Of a stretch of 64,000 bases of DNA, positions 36,820 to 46,258 are shown one piece after another. The notes beneath the pieces were generated by a model, which worked only from the letters and a program-made list of their open reading frames with translations, did not search any database and was not told the origin of the DNA. The DNA is from an uncultured virus (IMG/VR IMGVR_UViG_3300022914_000005) (lineage: Duplodnaviria; Heunggongvirae; Uroviricota; Caudoviricetes): IMG/VR virus record IMGVR_UViG_3300022914_000005; one strand, 5' to 3'. The first letter of the stretch is position 1, and each line of letters starts with the position of its first letter. The translations under genes were made by a program, and so were the position numbers.

Positions 36820-36866
36820 GCAGACGGCGCGTCCTATGTATTCTATACACAGAACGCGCCGCCTAC
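36820..36866 (-). terminator. 22-bp RNA hairpin downstream of the major tail gene
   Basis: GUAGGCGGCGCGUUCUGUGUAU-AGA-AUACAUAGGACGCGCCGUCUGC pairs fully only on the minus strand (four G-U pairs). Confidence 0.7.
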
Positions 36867-36880
36867 CAGGTAGTTTAGAC

Positions 36881-37924
36881 TCAGGCTACTGGGTCCTCTG
36901 TTGAAGCAATGATGAAGTCGATGTCCTCATCGGCGTTGTAGTCCGTGGCTCCAGGTACGTTGTACTCAGTGGTTGAACCCTGAGAAGTAAAGTCACTGAC
37001 CGCGCGGCTGTTCTTCGCGACGTCGGCTGTGCCACTGTCAGCAGTAGACGCGATATCGGACGCAGTCTTAGCGTACGTAAACGTTGTTGTCGATGGGACA
37101 TCGACGATTGTAAACGTGCCGTTAAGATCTGTGTTCGTGAGACCAGCAACAACAACTGTGTCGCCAGCGGCAAAGTTATGAGCCGCCGCTGTAGTGATTG
37201 TCGCGACGTTCGACGTGAGCTCGACATTATTGACTGTCGCGCTGAGATCGCCGTGCCATGTGTAGAAGCCCTTGCGGCCAGTCGGCGCCCAGTCTGAACG
37301 AGCGTAGGCGTACGGACGCTCTGTCGCAGTTGCGAACTCCCAGCGGTCGTCGAGGCCGTCGCCGAACGCTGAGTTACCGAGACCATAGCCCTCAAACGTT
37401 GTCGCGATCATGCCGTTTTCGATGACGCGATCGCCAGAGAGGCGAAGTCGACAGTATGGGAACACCCAATGGAAGTACGGGTTGGTCGCAGCGCGCTTGC
37501 CGTCGGCAACCGCGAATGACCAACACTCGATCGCAACACCGAGACCGGAGGGATCGTCACCAACACCAGGAGACGCCCAGCCGATGCTCTTACGGTCGGG
37601 GCTAACAAACGTGCCGTAGTTCTTGCGAAGAAGAAGGCCGCTTGACATGAGCTGAGTCAGCTCTGGGTCTGGCTCACAGATCGCTAGCTCCATGGTGACT
37701 CTCTTCAGAGTGTCTGGGGCCTGATATGAAACGCAGATGGTGCCGTCAGCGGACTTTTCAGTGATCTCATCGCCAGCCTCGTACTCAGGCGTAAACGACA
37801 AGCGCATAAACGCTGACGTGGTGTAGCTATCACCATCGTTGTTTAGAAGGTTACCGGCGGCATCAAGACGCGTCACGCGAATTGACACACCCTGGATGCT
37901 CGCGGCGTAGTCTTGGGTCGCCAT
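36881..37924 (-). CDS. Major tail protein, 347 aa
   Basis: IRVTRLD..FTPEYEAGDEI..ADG.ICV..C.PDPEL..IECWS..YFHWVFP; AGGAG RBS. Confidence 0.8.
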   Translation of the reverse strand: MATQDYAASIQGVSIRVTRLDAAGNLLNNDGDSYTTSAFMRLSFTPEYEAGDEITEKSADGTICVSYQAPDTLKRVTMELAICEPDPELTQLMSSGLLLRKNYGTFVSPDRKSIGWASPGVGDDPSGLGVAIECWSFAVADGKRAATNPYFHWVFPYCRLRLSGDRVIENGMIATTFEGYGLGNSAFGDGLDDRWEFATATERPYAYARSDWAPTGRKGFYTWHGDLSATVNNVELTSNVATITTAAAHNFAAGDTVVVAGLTNTDLNGTFTIVDVPSTTTFTYAKTASDIASTADSGTADVAKNSRAVSDFTSQGSTTEYNVPGATDYNADEDIDFIIASTEDPVA

Positions 37925-37967
37925 TTCTGTTTATCTCCTTCAGTGAGGCGGTGTTCTAGTTCCTATT

Positions 37968-39062
37968 TTAGACGGTCAAATCGACCTTGACTGTGTAGTG
38001 TATCGCTGGATCGAAGTAGACCGCTGCTGGGCGCAGGGCCTTGATTAGCATGTCATTTTGGTTTCCAGACACGTTATATCCCTGAGCTAATGTCTCATTG
38101 ACAACTTCTGGCTTACCAAGATGAACGTCTACACAGCCAGTGGCGAAAATCCACTTCGTAGTTGTTGATCCGACCATTTGTGCAAGCCCTGATGCAGACG
38201 TAGAGGTTACGTTCGCCGCTGTCTTAGCGTAAGTGAACGTGGTAGACGTGGGGGTACCGGTCACGGTGAACGTCCCATTGAATGTTGAATCAACACCAGA
38301 AACACTTACAGTGTCGCCGGTAGTCAAATTGTGGGTAGCAGATGTTGTCAATGTGGCAACGTTGCTAGTAAGAGCTTTGTTAGTGACTGCCACAAATGGA
38401 CCGTCACCAGTGTAGCCAGAGCCAACAATCACTGGAGTTCCGTTAACTGTCTCCAAGTGCTCTCGACCGTCGGAGTTCTTAACTCTAATAAGCGGCCCGT
38501 CGGACACTGCCTGAATTGCAACATCTCTAGATACGTGAATCACTCCCTGCTCCCCAGCAGGCGATCCTGCCATGGCGCCCTCAAGAATAGCAATCGCGCG
38601 CCAGGCTGAGACTGGTGTCGAAGCCGATGACCCAGCAGCAAGAGTGTACTCGCCGGCTTCTGTCAGATATTGACTAGTAGTCGAATCACTTCTTACTACG
38701 TAGCCATTCCATAGCTCTCGCTCAACAGCTTTCTGTGTAGCTGCCTCGAGCTGCTTGACAACTAACGCCATTCGATCTTCACCAGTAAGACCAAATGTAG
38801 ATCTTGAGTCTTCTACTTCGATGAAGAATGGCTTGACTTCAACATACTGCGCCAGCCCAGTGCCGTTGAAAATCTCGTGCGCTGACGTGCCGGTGTCCTC
38901 GAGAAGGCGAACGGTCGGCTCAGAATCGTATTCGAAAGAGAATCCACGAATCCAGCGCTCGTCGTACGCCCTTGCGGTGTGAGACATCACACGGGCGACG
39001 CTGAGAATACCAAAGACAGATGGCTTTAACTCCGATGCAGGGTATACACCGCGAAATGCCAT
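37968..39062 (-). CDS. Second capsid protein (pentamer/minor-capsid-like), 364 aa
   Basis: Directly after major capsid; VERELW, GVIHV, T.NGTPVIVGSGY motifs recalled from cluster-B-type second capsid proteins; AAGGAG RBS. Confidence 0.6.
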   Translation of the reverse strand: MAFRGVYPASELKPSVFGILSVARVMSHTARAYDERWIRGFSFEYDSEPTVRLLEDTGTSAHEIFNGTGLAQYVEVKPFFIEVEDSRSTFGLTGEDRMALVVKQLEAATQKAVERELWNGYVVRSDSTTSQYLTEAGEYTLAAGSSASTPVSAWRAIAILEGAMAGSPAGEQGVIHVSRDVAIQAVSDGPLIRVKNSDGREHLETVNGTPVIVGSGYTGDGPFVAVTNKALTSNVATLTTSATHNLTTGDTVSVSGVDSTFNGTFTVTGTPTSTTFTYAKTAANVTSTSASGLAQMVGSTTTKWIFATGCVDVHLGKPEVVNETLAQGYNVSGNQNDMLIKALRPAAVYFDPAIHYTVKVDLTV

Positions 39063-39130
39063 TTTATTCTCCTTTGGTCCTCAACGCCGCCCGTGGATGT
39101 ACTACTTATTTCTTGTGACTATTACTGGGA

Positions 39131-41164
39131 TCAGTACTCGATCGCAGCAGCCGCGGCGCCGCCAGTCGTGTCACGGAGGGCCGCAGCCACACCGTTGACC
39201 GAGATGGTGGATGTCACGACGAGCGACTCAATACCAACCTTAGCAACACCCTCGAAGGTCTCAACGAACATCTTGTAGTCGTTGGTGCCAACCAGTGTAG
39301 AGTCACGGATGATTCCGAGGTCCAGCGTGCCGCCGTCGAGGAACAGGAACGTTCCCTCGGCGAACAAGTACCAGGTGAAGGTGTCGCCGAACTCGTTCAG
39401 CGCGCCTGCGCTCTGGGCGCCAGCAACGTTGAGGTCATGTGAGTACGTGACGTTGACGTTGCGAGCCGCGAGGTAGCCGTCGATCTCACCGGCAGCCGCC
39501 ATGGTGTCGTCACCAGGCATCGCAAGTGTGAGGTCGGCAACCATAGCGTCCTTGATCCAGTGAGGAGCAACGACGCGGAGCTGCGCGCTTGAGTCGAGAC
39601 GGTGACGGCTGCGGTATAGAGCCGCGGCGCGACCGACCTGAACTAGGAAGTCACGAGCCACGCCGATGAGGCTGGTGGACGTGACCGCTGTTGAACCGCT
39701 GGTGAGCTTACCGAGCAGGTACTGCTCAGCCTCACGGGCGTGCTGAATCAGAGCGAGCTCGTTGTGACGAGCGACGAGCTCTGGGTACGCACGTGTCATG
39801 AGATTGCCGAACTGGAGCTGCAGGGTCACAGCGTCGGTAGCGACGGTGGTCTCTGTAGCCGCAGTGACGGTGAGGCTGTCCTTAGTGGAGGAAGCCGCGA
39901 TGTCATCAGCGTTTGTCCAGACACCGACAGCGTTCGCGTGATCAGCGAGCACCGGCGGGACGATGTAGCGAATGCCGCCACGATCGGCCTGGAAACGAGG
40001 CAGCGAGTCACGGACCGGACGATCGCCAACACCGAATCCGAAGATGTCGTACTTGACCTCGAACGGGGTGCTGTGACCACCAGAAGCGACGAGAGCCTCT
40101 GGGCCGGACACTTCCTTGATCTTCGTGATGTTGCTGTCAACGTCCTGACCGAGCACGCGGGACTCCGGGTACTTGGTTGTGAATGAAGCAACGATGTGCT
40201 GCTCGCCGTCGCCACCCTTAACACGGCGAAGACCGTGCAGACGGGAGACGAACGCCTCAGCGACCTCGTTGACGTTGCTAAGTGTCGCGCCGGCCGTGTA
40301 GCCAGGGATGTCAGCGCCAGCGGTGATCACCACTGGAGCCGCAGCCTCGGTCTGTACGGGACGACGGTCTTCTGGAGCCTGGACTTCTACATCCATGCCC
40401 TCATCTGCGGCGGCAGTCATTGGTGCCTCCTGACCTTCCTGCTCTTCCTGAGCGATTTCAATGTTTTCTGATTGGAGTTCAGCAGCTGTCTCGGTCTCCT
40501 CAACAGCAACTTCTTCAGTCTGGAGTTCAGCAGCTGTCTCGGTCTCCTCAACAGCAACTTCTTCAGTCTGGAGTTCAGCCTCGGGCGCCTCTTCAGCAAC
40601 CTCTTCCTCAACGGCAAGCTCGGCCTCTGGCTCAACCTCAGCGGCAGCTTCGTCAGGGGCCGCAGCCTCTTCCTCAGCGTCTTCCTCTGGGTCGCCAGCG
40701 GCAACTACCGCCTCGTCAGAAGCAGCCTCTTCGGCAGCCTCGGCAACTTGTTCATCTTGTGTGGTCGAAAGCTCAGCCTCTACCTCAGTGTCAGTTGAAG
40801 CGACAGACATTGACTTCTCCTCTTCTTTCTCTTCCTCGGGCATGTCTGGAGTTTCCTCCATGTCCGATTCTGGAGCTTCAGCGGTGTCATCCATGTCACC
40901 CTCTCCATCCTTCATGCCCTTGACACGGTATGCGGCCTCGGCGGCGCGTGCAGCGAGCTCTTCAGCAAGTGCAGTGCGACGCTTCGACTCATCGCGAACG
41001 GTGTCAAGCATGTCGGCGAGAGTTGTCATCTTCTCTACTGACTCTGGAGTAGGATCTTCACCCTCGACCGCTTCAAACTCGCCTACAATTGCATCCTGAA
41101 GCTCGATTACTTGATCATCGGTCAGTTCAGCAATCGTGTCGAGCATTTGCTTGATACGGTCCAC
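39131..41164 (-). CDS. Major capsid protein with long acidic N-terminal (scaffold-like) region, 677 aa
   Basis: ITAGADIPG, LVASGG..RPVRDSLPRFQADRGGIRY, LDLGIIRDS..NDY..FVETFE; strong RBS. Confidence 0.85.
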   Translation of the reverse strand: MDRIKQMLDTIAELTDDQVIELQDAIVGEFEAVEGEDPTPESVEKMTTLADMLDTVRDESKRRTALAEELAARAAEAAYRVKGMKDGEGDMDDTAEAPESDMEETPDMPEEEKEEEKSMSVASTDTEVEAELSTTQDEQVAEAAEEAASDEAVVAAGDPEEDAEEEAAAPDEAAAEVEPEAELAVEEEVAEEAPEAELQTEEVAVEETETAAELQTEEVAVEETETAAELQSENIEIAQEEQEGQEAPMTAAADEGMDVEVQAPEDRRPVQTEAAAPVVITAGADIPGYTAGATLSNVNEVAEAFVSRLHGLRRVKGGDGEQHIVASFTTKYPESRVLGQDVDSNITKIKEVSGPEALVASGGHSTPFEVKYDIFGFGVGDRPVRDSLPRFQADRGGIRYIVPPVLADHANAVGVWTNADDIAASSTKDSLTVTAATETTVATDAVTLQLQFGNLMTRAYPELVARHNELALIQHAREAEQYLLGKLTSGSTAVTSTSLIGVARDFLVQVGRAAALYRSRHRLDSSAQLRVVAPHWIKDAMVADLTLAMPGDDTMAAAGEIDGYLAARNVNVTYSHDLNVAGAQSAGALNEFGDTFTWYLFAEGTFLFLDGGTLDLGIIRDSTLVGTNDYKMFVETFEGVAKVGIESLVVTSTISVNGVAAALRDTTGGAAAAAIEY
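40473..40579. repeat. Perfect 48-bp tandem repeat (about 2.2 copies) in the capsid N-terminal region
   Basis: 40473-40520 is identical to 40521-40568; encodes AELQTEEVAVEETETA twice. Confidence 0.95.
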
Positions 41165-41235
41165 TGTCCCTCCTCCGGGCCAGTCACGGCAACATCACTA
41201 TAATGTTGCCTCGGGTTTCTGTCCAAGGGAGGGAC
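41165..41235 (-). promoter_or_regulatory. Structured 5' leader sequestering the capsid RBS
   Basis: GUCCCUCC pairs with GGAGGGAC just before GUG and encloses a 10-bp hairpin GGCAACAUUA/UGAUGUUGCC. Confidence 0.65.
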
Positions 41236-41286
41236 TCAAGCCATGGAAGGCAGAGGCACTCTCCTAGAAAACATTGTAACATATAA

Positions 41287-41850
41287 CTAGGTTAGTAGGC
41301 GCAGAAGAGTGCTCATTTCAGAAGAAACTTCCCCCTGAGAAAAGACGTCACTTCCAGACATATATCCTTTAAGTTTCTTTGTTGGCTCTTCTGCATCTTC
41401 GGCGCCGATCTTCTCTTCTACTCTGCTGATCATGTCTTTGACAAGATCTCGCAGTACTGGCGGAAGATCACTGAACTTAACTTTCTCGACTTCCTCGCCG
41501 AACGGCAGCGGAAGATTCGCCATGACTTCTCCTAGAAGTCTAGCCGATTCCCTAACGTTTTCAAGGGATGTGGCGTTTAATGCGCCTTCATCAAGTCTCG
41601 TTAGTAGCGTTTGCAGTTTCGCGGCGCTTGCCGCGGCAGCAGCGTAGTTTCCAGCACTATCGAGGTTCTCAAGCTCCTCAACACGTTCTACAGCGCGTTG
41701 AAGACCTGACGTACCGAGGTTCTCTTTGATCCTAGCGAGAACAACACGAAACTTACCCTTTGCGTCTCGTGGTTGATCGACTCCCGAGGTATAGATAGTG
41801 TTTTCGCGGTCATATTTTGCCGCAGCAGAAACTGCTTTTACACCCGTCAT
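41287..41850 (-). CDS. Head-operon hypothetical protein, 187 aa
   Basis: ATGA coupling; QPRDAKGKF motif. Confidence 0.75.
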   Translation of the reverse strand: MTGVKAVSAAAKYDRENTIYTSGVDQPRDAKGKFRVVLARIKENLGTSGLQRAVERVEELENLDSAGNYAAAAASAAKLQTLLTRLDEGALNATSLENVRESARLLGEVMANLPLPFGEEVEKVKFSDLPPVLRDLVKDMISRVEEKIGAEDAEEPTKKLKGYMSGSDVFSQGEVSSEMSTLLRLLT

Positions 41851-42134
41851 TCTGAGGTCTTACCTTTCACTACACCGTCGGGAATTAGGGCAAATCTGCA
41901 ATATCCCATGGGTTCGACTTCCGCTGAGATGATTTTGCACTCAGTGCCTCCCGCGTAGAGAATACAGTTTTGGCAGGTGACGCCAATTTCAGCATTCTCA
42001 TTTTCAGCCGCAGTTTCGTATCCAGCCCAGACACCGGTATCATCTTCGTTGAACTTGCCGTACTTCTGAGTTATCGCAATTAGCGCGTCAGCAAGCTCTT
42101 GCTCTTCTGCAATGATTTTGCCAACGGCAATCAC
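41847..42134 (-). CDS. Small HiPIP-like four-cysteine protein, 95 aa
   Basis: CQNCILY....C....V...GYC spacing; overlapping start and stop with neighbours. Confidence 0.65.
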   Translation of the reverse strand: MIAVGKIIAEEQELADALIAITQKYGKFNEDDTGVWAGYETAAENENAEIGVTCQNCILYAGGTECKIISAEVEPMGYCRFALIPDGVVKGKTSE

Positions 42135-45100
42135 TGCATCGGCGGCGCTTTTGGGTCAGCATCACCACTCTCAACGGCAGCACGAATCGTAAGGCTCTGC
42201 ACTCTTGCCTTGATGCCATCAACAACGTCGTCGTCTACGAGACCTGCGTTCTTCCACTTCTCTGGGATAAGGTCAGCTCGCTTGAGAGAACGCGCGCGCT
42301 TCATAATGTGACGGCGCACCGCGGCTCGCTTGCTCGGCTTTGAGCGTCCGTACGCTTGAATCGCGTCCTTGAGCTCCTCGATATTTCTGATCGGGTACGA
42401 ACCGTCCGGAAGAGCCTTACCCTCTTTAGCAAGCTTTTCGCGCGTCTTGGTCGAGATGTATCCGAGCTCATCGTACGCGAACGTGCTACGCACCCTGTTA
42501 GAAAGCTCTTCGGCCTTAGACTTAGTATCTTCACTAACTACCGAGAGTTTTTCAAGAGCGTCAAGTCTCTTCTTCATGTCCTGAAGAGGGTCGCTCTTCA
42601 TTCTCGCCAGTGTAGACGCACCGGCAGCAACAAGAGCGTATACCTGGCCACTCGCTACTCGAGCTCTAGCGATTGGGAAGCCGGGGACGTTGACCTGACA
42701 CACGGCGACGAGCTCTAGCGAACCACCAATAGGCCGCCAGTCACCGGACGGCGCAGAAGCGCGAAGAGCTCTGATCTGCTCAGGCGTGGCTGTAGTGCGA
42801 AGAGAGCCAGCTACCCAGATGCCATATGAATCTTCCCCAGCGTGCACGTCGGCGATGGCAGAGCCAGTGTCGTCGTAGTGACGTGCTGCGTCTGAAGCGC
42901 TAGCCTCGAGAGGCGCGTGACCGCCGGCGAGAGTTAACTGCCCGACTGGGTAGTCGTTGCCGTCATCTGCTCGGAGAACTCCTGTATGGAAGTACGAGTA
43001 CTTGCTCTTGCTTCTCGGTGGCTTTGTCCCGTACGCCATTCCGATGTGATCAACGTGCCATGCAGCGATATGGCCGTACACTTGACCCTCGTCTGTCACT
43101 GTAAGCGGCGTCGCCTTAGTGAGCTTGGGGTTCTGGAACCATTCGGCGGGCGGAACAATAGGTATCGAGCCAGCAACCATGCCACAGGCGACTAGCGCCT
43201 GTGCGTCAAGATCGTTGAGGTCCTCGACGTAGATTCCGTCAGGGGTGACTTCCATTTCTTCCTCCTGAGACTGAAGATCTTCGCTATCTTCGTCTTCTAT
43301 GTAGATCCTGCATTCCTGGAACGCTGGCTTAGGTACTATTGTAACTGCCATTACTCGGGCCTTATCGACCTCGATTTTCCCTCCGCCGATCTTCTTGACC
43401 TTTTTCTTGACCTCTTCAAGAAGCTCTTCCGCTTTTTCATCAGAGTCGTCGCCAAGAATTTCGTCGTCGTCATCATCACTTTCGCTGGCCTCGAACATGT
43501 CCAGGTCCGCCGATACTCCTCGGATGAATCCGTTTTTCACAAGACGCTCTGCCTCGGCGCCGTACGCGCCCGTGTCGAAGACGCCATACGCGTTTCCGAT
43601 CCCGTCATCAGTTCGCTCCATGTGATCAATTCGACCAACAACAACAGATCCGTTGTGCCCATCGCCTGTCTTGATCTGCCACAGAAGCGGCAGCGGGAGC
43701 TCACGGAGAGTGATCGCGCCTTTCTTAAAGACTCTTCCGTCTCCGGTTTCTGCACCTTCTGGGATTACGAGAGGGATCTTGAACTTACACCCGCCGTAAG
43801 AATTCTTATAGCCTCCGGCGACAAGAACTCTGCTCTTCGCGTCAGCGACTTTTGCTCGTAGAATGCTTGTCTCGATGATCTGCTCTTCAGAAAGAACATC
43901 GTACAGATCTTCAGCGCTTCCGCGAACGCTCTTCTTCTTCTTTCCAACGTTGTACTTACTGCCAGGCCAGACTCCAGTCATCTCCTTGTGACGAAGTGAG
44001 CAGTAGCCTTTCGCGCGAGGGCCCATGTACTTACGTAGATGGCGGTAGCAACGTGTCCAATCGCCTGGAGTGTTCCAGCGAATCTTAAGAGCGCCGCGGC
44101 CAATTGTCCAATATCTTCTGAGCTTCTCAGCTTTGCCGCGATTTCTATCAAGGCCGCCGGCAGCCATCAGGGTGTTCAACGGCTCAACACCGTACATCTC
44201 AAGGAGACGTCTCTCATTTTCATCAAACACGTAGACGTAGTTCCCAGACGCCGTCATCGTTTGATCGACCTGGGCCAAAACGTCATCGTAGACCTCGCCT
44301 GTAAGAGCGACTACAGGCGGAGGTGTTGCTGATGTTAGGTCAGCAAGAATCTGCTCGTCCTTAACCCATTCACCGTCTTCGCGAATAAACGTTGTCGGTG
44401 ATGTCGATGTAGACGACGCTGGAACTACGCTTACAAGATCCATGACCGCTTGCGGATCATCAGGTGAGACTATAGCGACGTACATTGGCTCGACGTCGCT
44501 TGTCTCTGGTGTAAGCTCTTCACCAGGCTTAGACGGTTCAACGGTGTTTTCGTTGATGTCGTACGCGGTAGACGTTATTGGACTGTACCAAATCTTACTT
44601 TCTTTTGGCTTCTTTTTAAAGTAGTCCTGAAGAAGCGGATGATGCTCTGCTCTTTTAGTGAACAGCTCTTCTCCGCTCTCTCTTTCCATGTTGCGAATGT
44701 AGTCGGACTTTTGATACTCCGGCGCGCGATCGCCAGCAGGTTGAATTTTCTGCCCACGGACACGCTTATCTTGTAGATCGGCCCCGCCGCTGCGCTGCTC
44801 CATTACCCACGCTGGATAATTATTGACAATTTTTTGTAGGTCCTCAGAGCGTAGTGCTGGTAGACCGCCAGGAATTGCTGCCTTTGGTCTGTCAATCGGC
44901 GCGCGTGGCTCGCCAAGAATTCCTCGAGTATCGAGCGGCATCCCAGGTGTATCGGTGAGAGGGCCAGTCTGCATCGCCGGCTGTGTACCCTCCGCCTGGA
45001 CCCTGTTCGCACGAACTGTCTGACTTGAGCCATCGTCCATCTTCAGAGTGACGCTCTGAGTGTCTGGGTCAATCCCGCTAATCGAGCCGGACTTCGACGC

Positions 45101-46258
45101 ATCGCCGTCAACTACAACTCGCCCACCCATCTTAGCGAAGCGGCCGCTTTTGTCGCGAACTTGCTTTCGTGCCTTTGCTGATCGCTCCTCGGGAGTATAT
45201 TCGCCGTCAGCGTCACTCTCTTCTCCGGCGGCGGTGAGCACTGAGTCGATCTCGCCCCAGTCAATTTGATCAGCGGCCGCAGCAGCAAGCTCGGCTTCTT
45301 CCTCATTGAGTGAGTAGACAGACACGCTTGTGAACGGGCGCTCCTGAAGGTGCGCGGAAATAATCAACGCGGTTTGCGGATCAATAAGAATGTGGCGCTT
45401 TTCTACGACATCATACGGATCGTCAAGAGACCGATCGTACGTGTAGATATCGCTGTCGACGTGACCGAGATCGTCCCAGTCACCATCGTCCCAAACGTAG
45501 ATAACCTCATCGAGACCGAGCATGTAGAGACGATCAATTCCGCTGCCGTCAAGACGAACACGAGCGATGAACTCTGGGCAATCGCCGTCACTAATGTTTT
45601 GTGCAAGATCAAAGACATCAATGGCAGGCTTAGCGTATCTACTAATTGACATTGACTCTTGGTCGCTGTACTCTTCGTACGGGTCTACGACCGTCTCGCC
45701 GCTGGCAGTCTTCGCCTTCTTATTTTCACGCTCAACGATGTTTTTGGCCCAGCGCCACGCCGAATCTCCACCCCATAGCGCCCAGGCAATTCTTCCATTC
45801 GACGGGTAGCCATCTTCTCCAGGGTCGTAGCCTTTTGCCTTCTTATCAATCTCGTGACGAGGAAAGTACTTAGCGATATGGCGAACCTTTTTAATTCCAA
45901 TTTGCCCGCCGGCGGCTAAAGTTCTTGCCGTGCTGATGCCGACCGGCGTCCCGCCTCTTTTGTACTCTTTTCTCCACTCAAGAGCCTTCTTTGCTTCAGC
46001 CTGTACACCCTTTGGGATAGTGTACATTCTGGCAGAAGCAGTCAACGCAACGACACGAAGGTCGGAGAGAGCGGCAGATGCAAGCTCGTGCATTACGTCG
46101 GAGGGCTCACTATCGCACGGCCCCCAAGGCATTAGATACGACATCTCCGAAAGCATTCCGGAGTCTTCTACCATATTAGTTTCGGAGTTTACAACTACGC
46201 CCCTAGAGCCGTCTGTAAAGAGAACCAGATTCTCTGACTCGCCATGAACGGTGATCAT
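42131..46258 (-). CDS. Multi-module capsid maturation protease, 1375 aa
   Basis: Protease core TGDGRVF..LPLPLLWQ..GH.GSVVVGRI..GVSADLD; later GHIAAW..SGDWR..VNVPGFP; extra N- and C-terminal modules. Confidence 0.85.
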   Translation of the reverse strand: MITVHGESENLVLFTDGSRGVVVNSETNMVEDSGMLSEMSYLMPWGPCDSEPSDVMHELASAALSDLRVVALTASARMYTIPKGVQAEAKKALEWRKEYKRGGTPVGISTARTLAAGGQIGIKKVRHIAKYFPRHEIDKKAKGYDPGEDGYPSNGRIAWALWGGDSAWRWAKNIVERENKKAKTASGETVVDPYEEYSDQESMSISRYAKPAIDVFDLAQNISDGDCPEFIARVRLDGSGIDRLYMLGLDEVIYVWDDGDWDDLGHVDSDIYTYDRSLDDPYDVVEKRHILIDPQTALIISAHLQERPFTSVSVYSLNEEEAELAAAAADQIDWGEIDSVLTAAGEESDADGEYTPEERSAKARKQVRDKSGRFAKMGGRVVVDGDASKSGSISGIDPDTQSVTLKMDDGSSQTVRANRVQAEGTQPAMQTGPLTDTPGMPLDTRGILGEPRAPIDRPKAAIPGGLPALRSEDLQKIVNNYPAWVMEQRSGGADLQDKRVRGQKIQPAGDRAPEYQKSDYIRNMERESGEELFTKRAEHHPLLQDYFKKKPKESKIWYSPITSTAYDINENTVEPSKPGEELTPETSDVEPMYVAIVSPDDPQAVMDLVSVVPASSTSTSPTTFIREDGEWVKDEQILADLTSATPPPVVALTGEVYDDVLAQVDQTMTASGNYVYVFDENERRLLEMYGVEPLNTLMAAGGLDRNRGKAEKLRRYWTIGRGALKIRWNTPGDWTRCYRHLRKYMGPRAKGYCSLRHKEMTGVWPGSKYNVGKKKKSVRGSAEDLYDVLSEEQIIETSILRAKVADAKSRVLVAGGYKNSYGGCKFKIPLVIPEGAETGDGRVFKKGAITLRELPLPLLWQIKTGDGHNGSVVVGRIDHMERTDDGIGNAYGVFDTGAYGAEAERLVKNGFIRGVSADLDMFEASESDDDDDEILGDDSDEKAEELLEEVKKKVKKIGGGKIEVDKARVMAVTIVPKPAFQECRIYIEDEDSEDLQSQEEEMEVTPDGIYVEDLNDLDAQALVACGMVAGSIPIVPPAEWFQNPKLTKATPLTVTDEGQVYGHIAAWHVDHIGMAYGTKPPRSKSKYSYFHTGVLRADDGNDYPVGQLTLAGGHAPLEASASDAARHYDDTGSAIADVHAGEDSYGIWVAGSLRTTATPEQIRALRASAPSGDWRPIGGSLELVAVCQVNVPGFPIARARVASGQVYALVAAGASTLARMKSDPLQDMKKRLDALEKLSVVSEDTKSKAEELSNRVRSTFAYDELGYISTKTREKLAKEGKALPDGSYPIRNIEELKDAIQAYGRSKPSKRAAVRRHIMKRARSLKRADLIPEKWKNAGLVDDDVVDGIKARVQSLTIRAAVESGDADPKAPPMQ

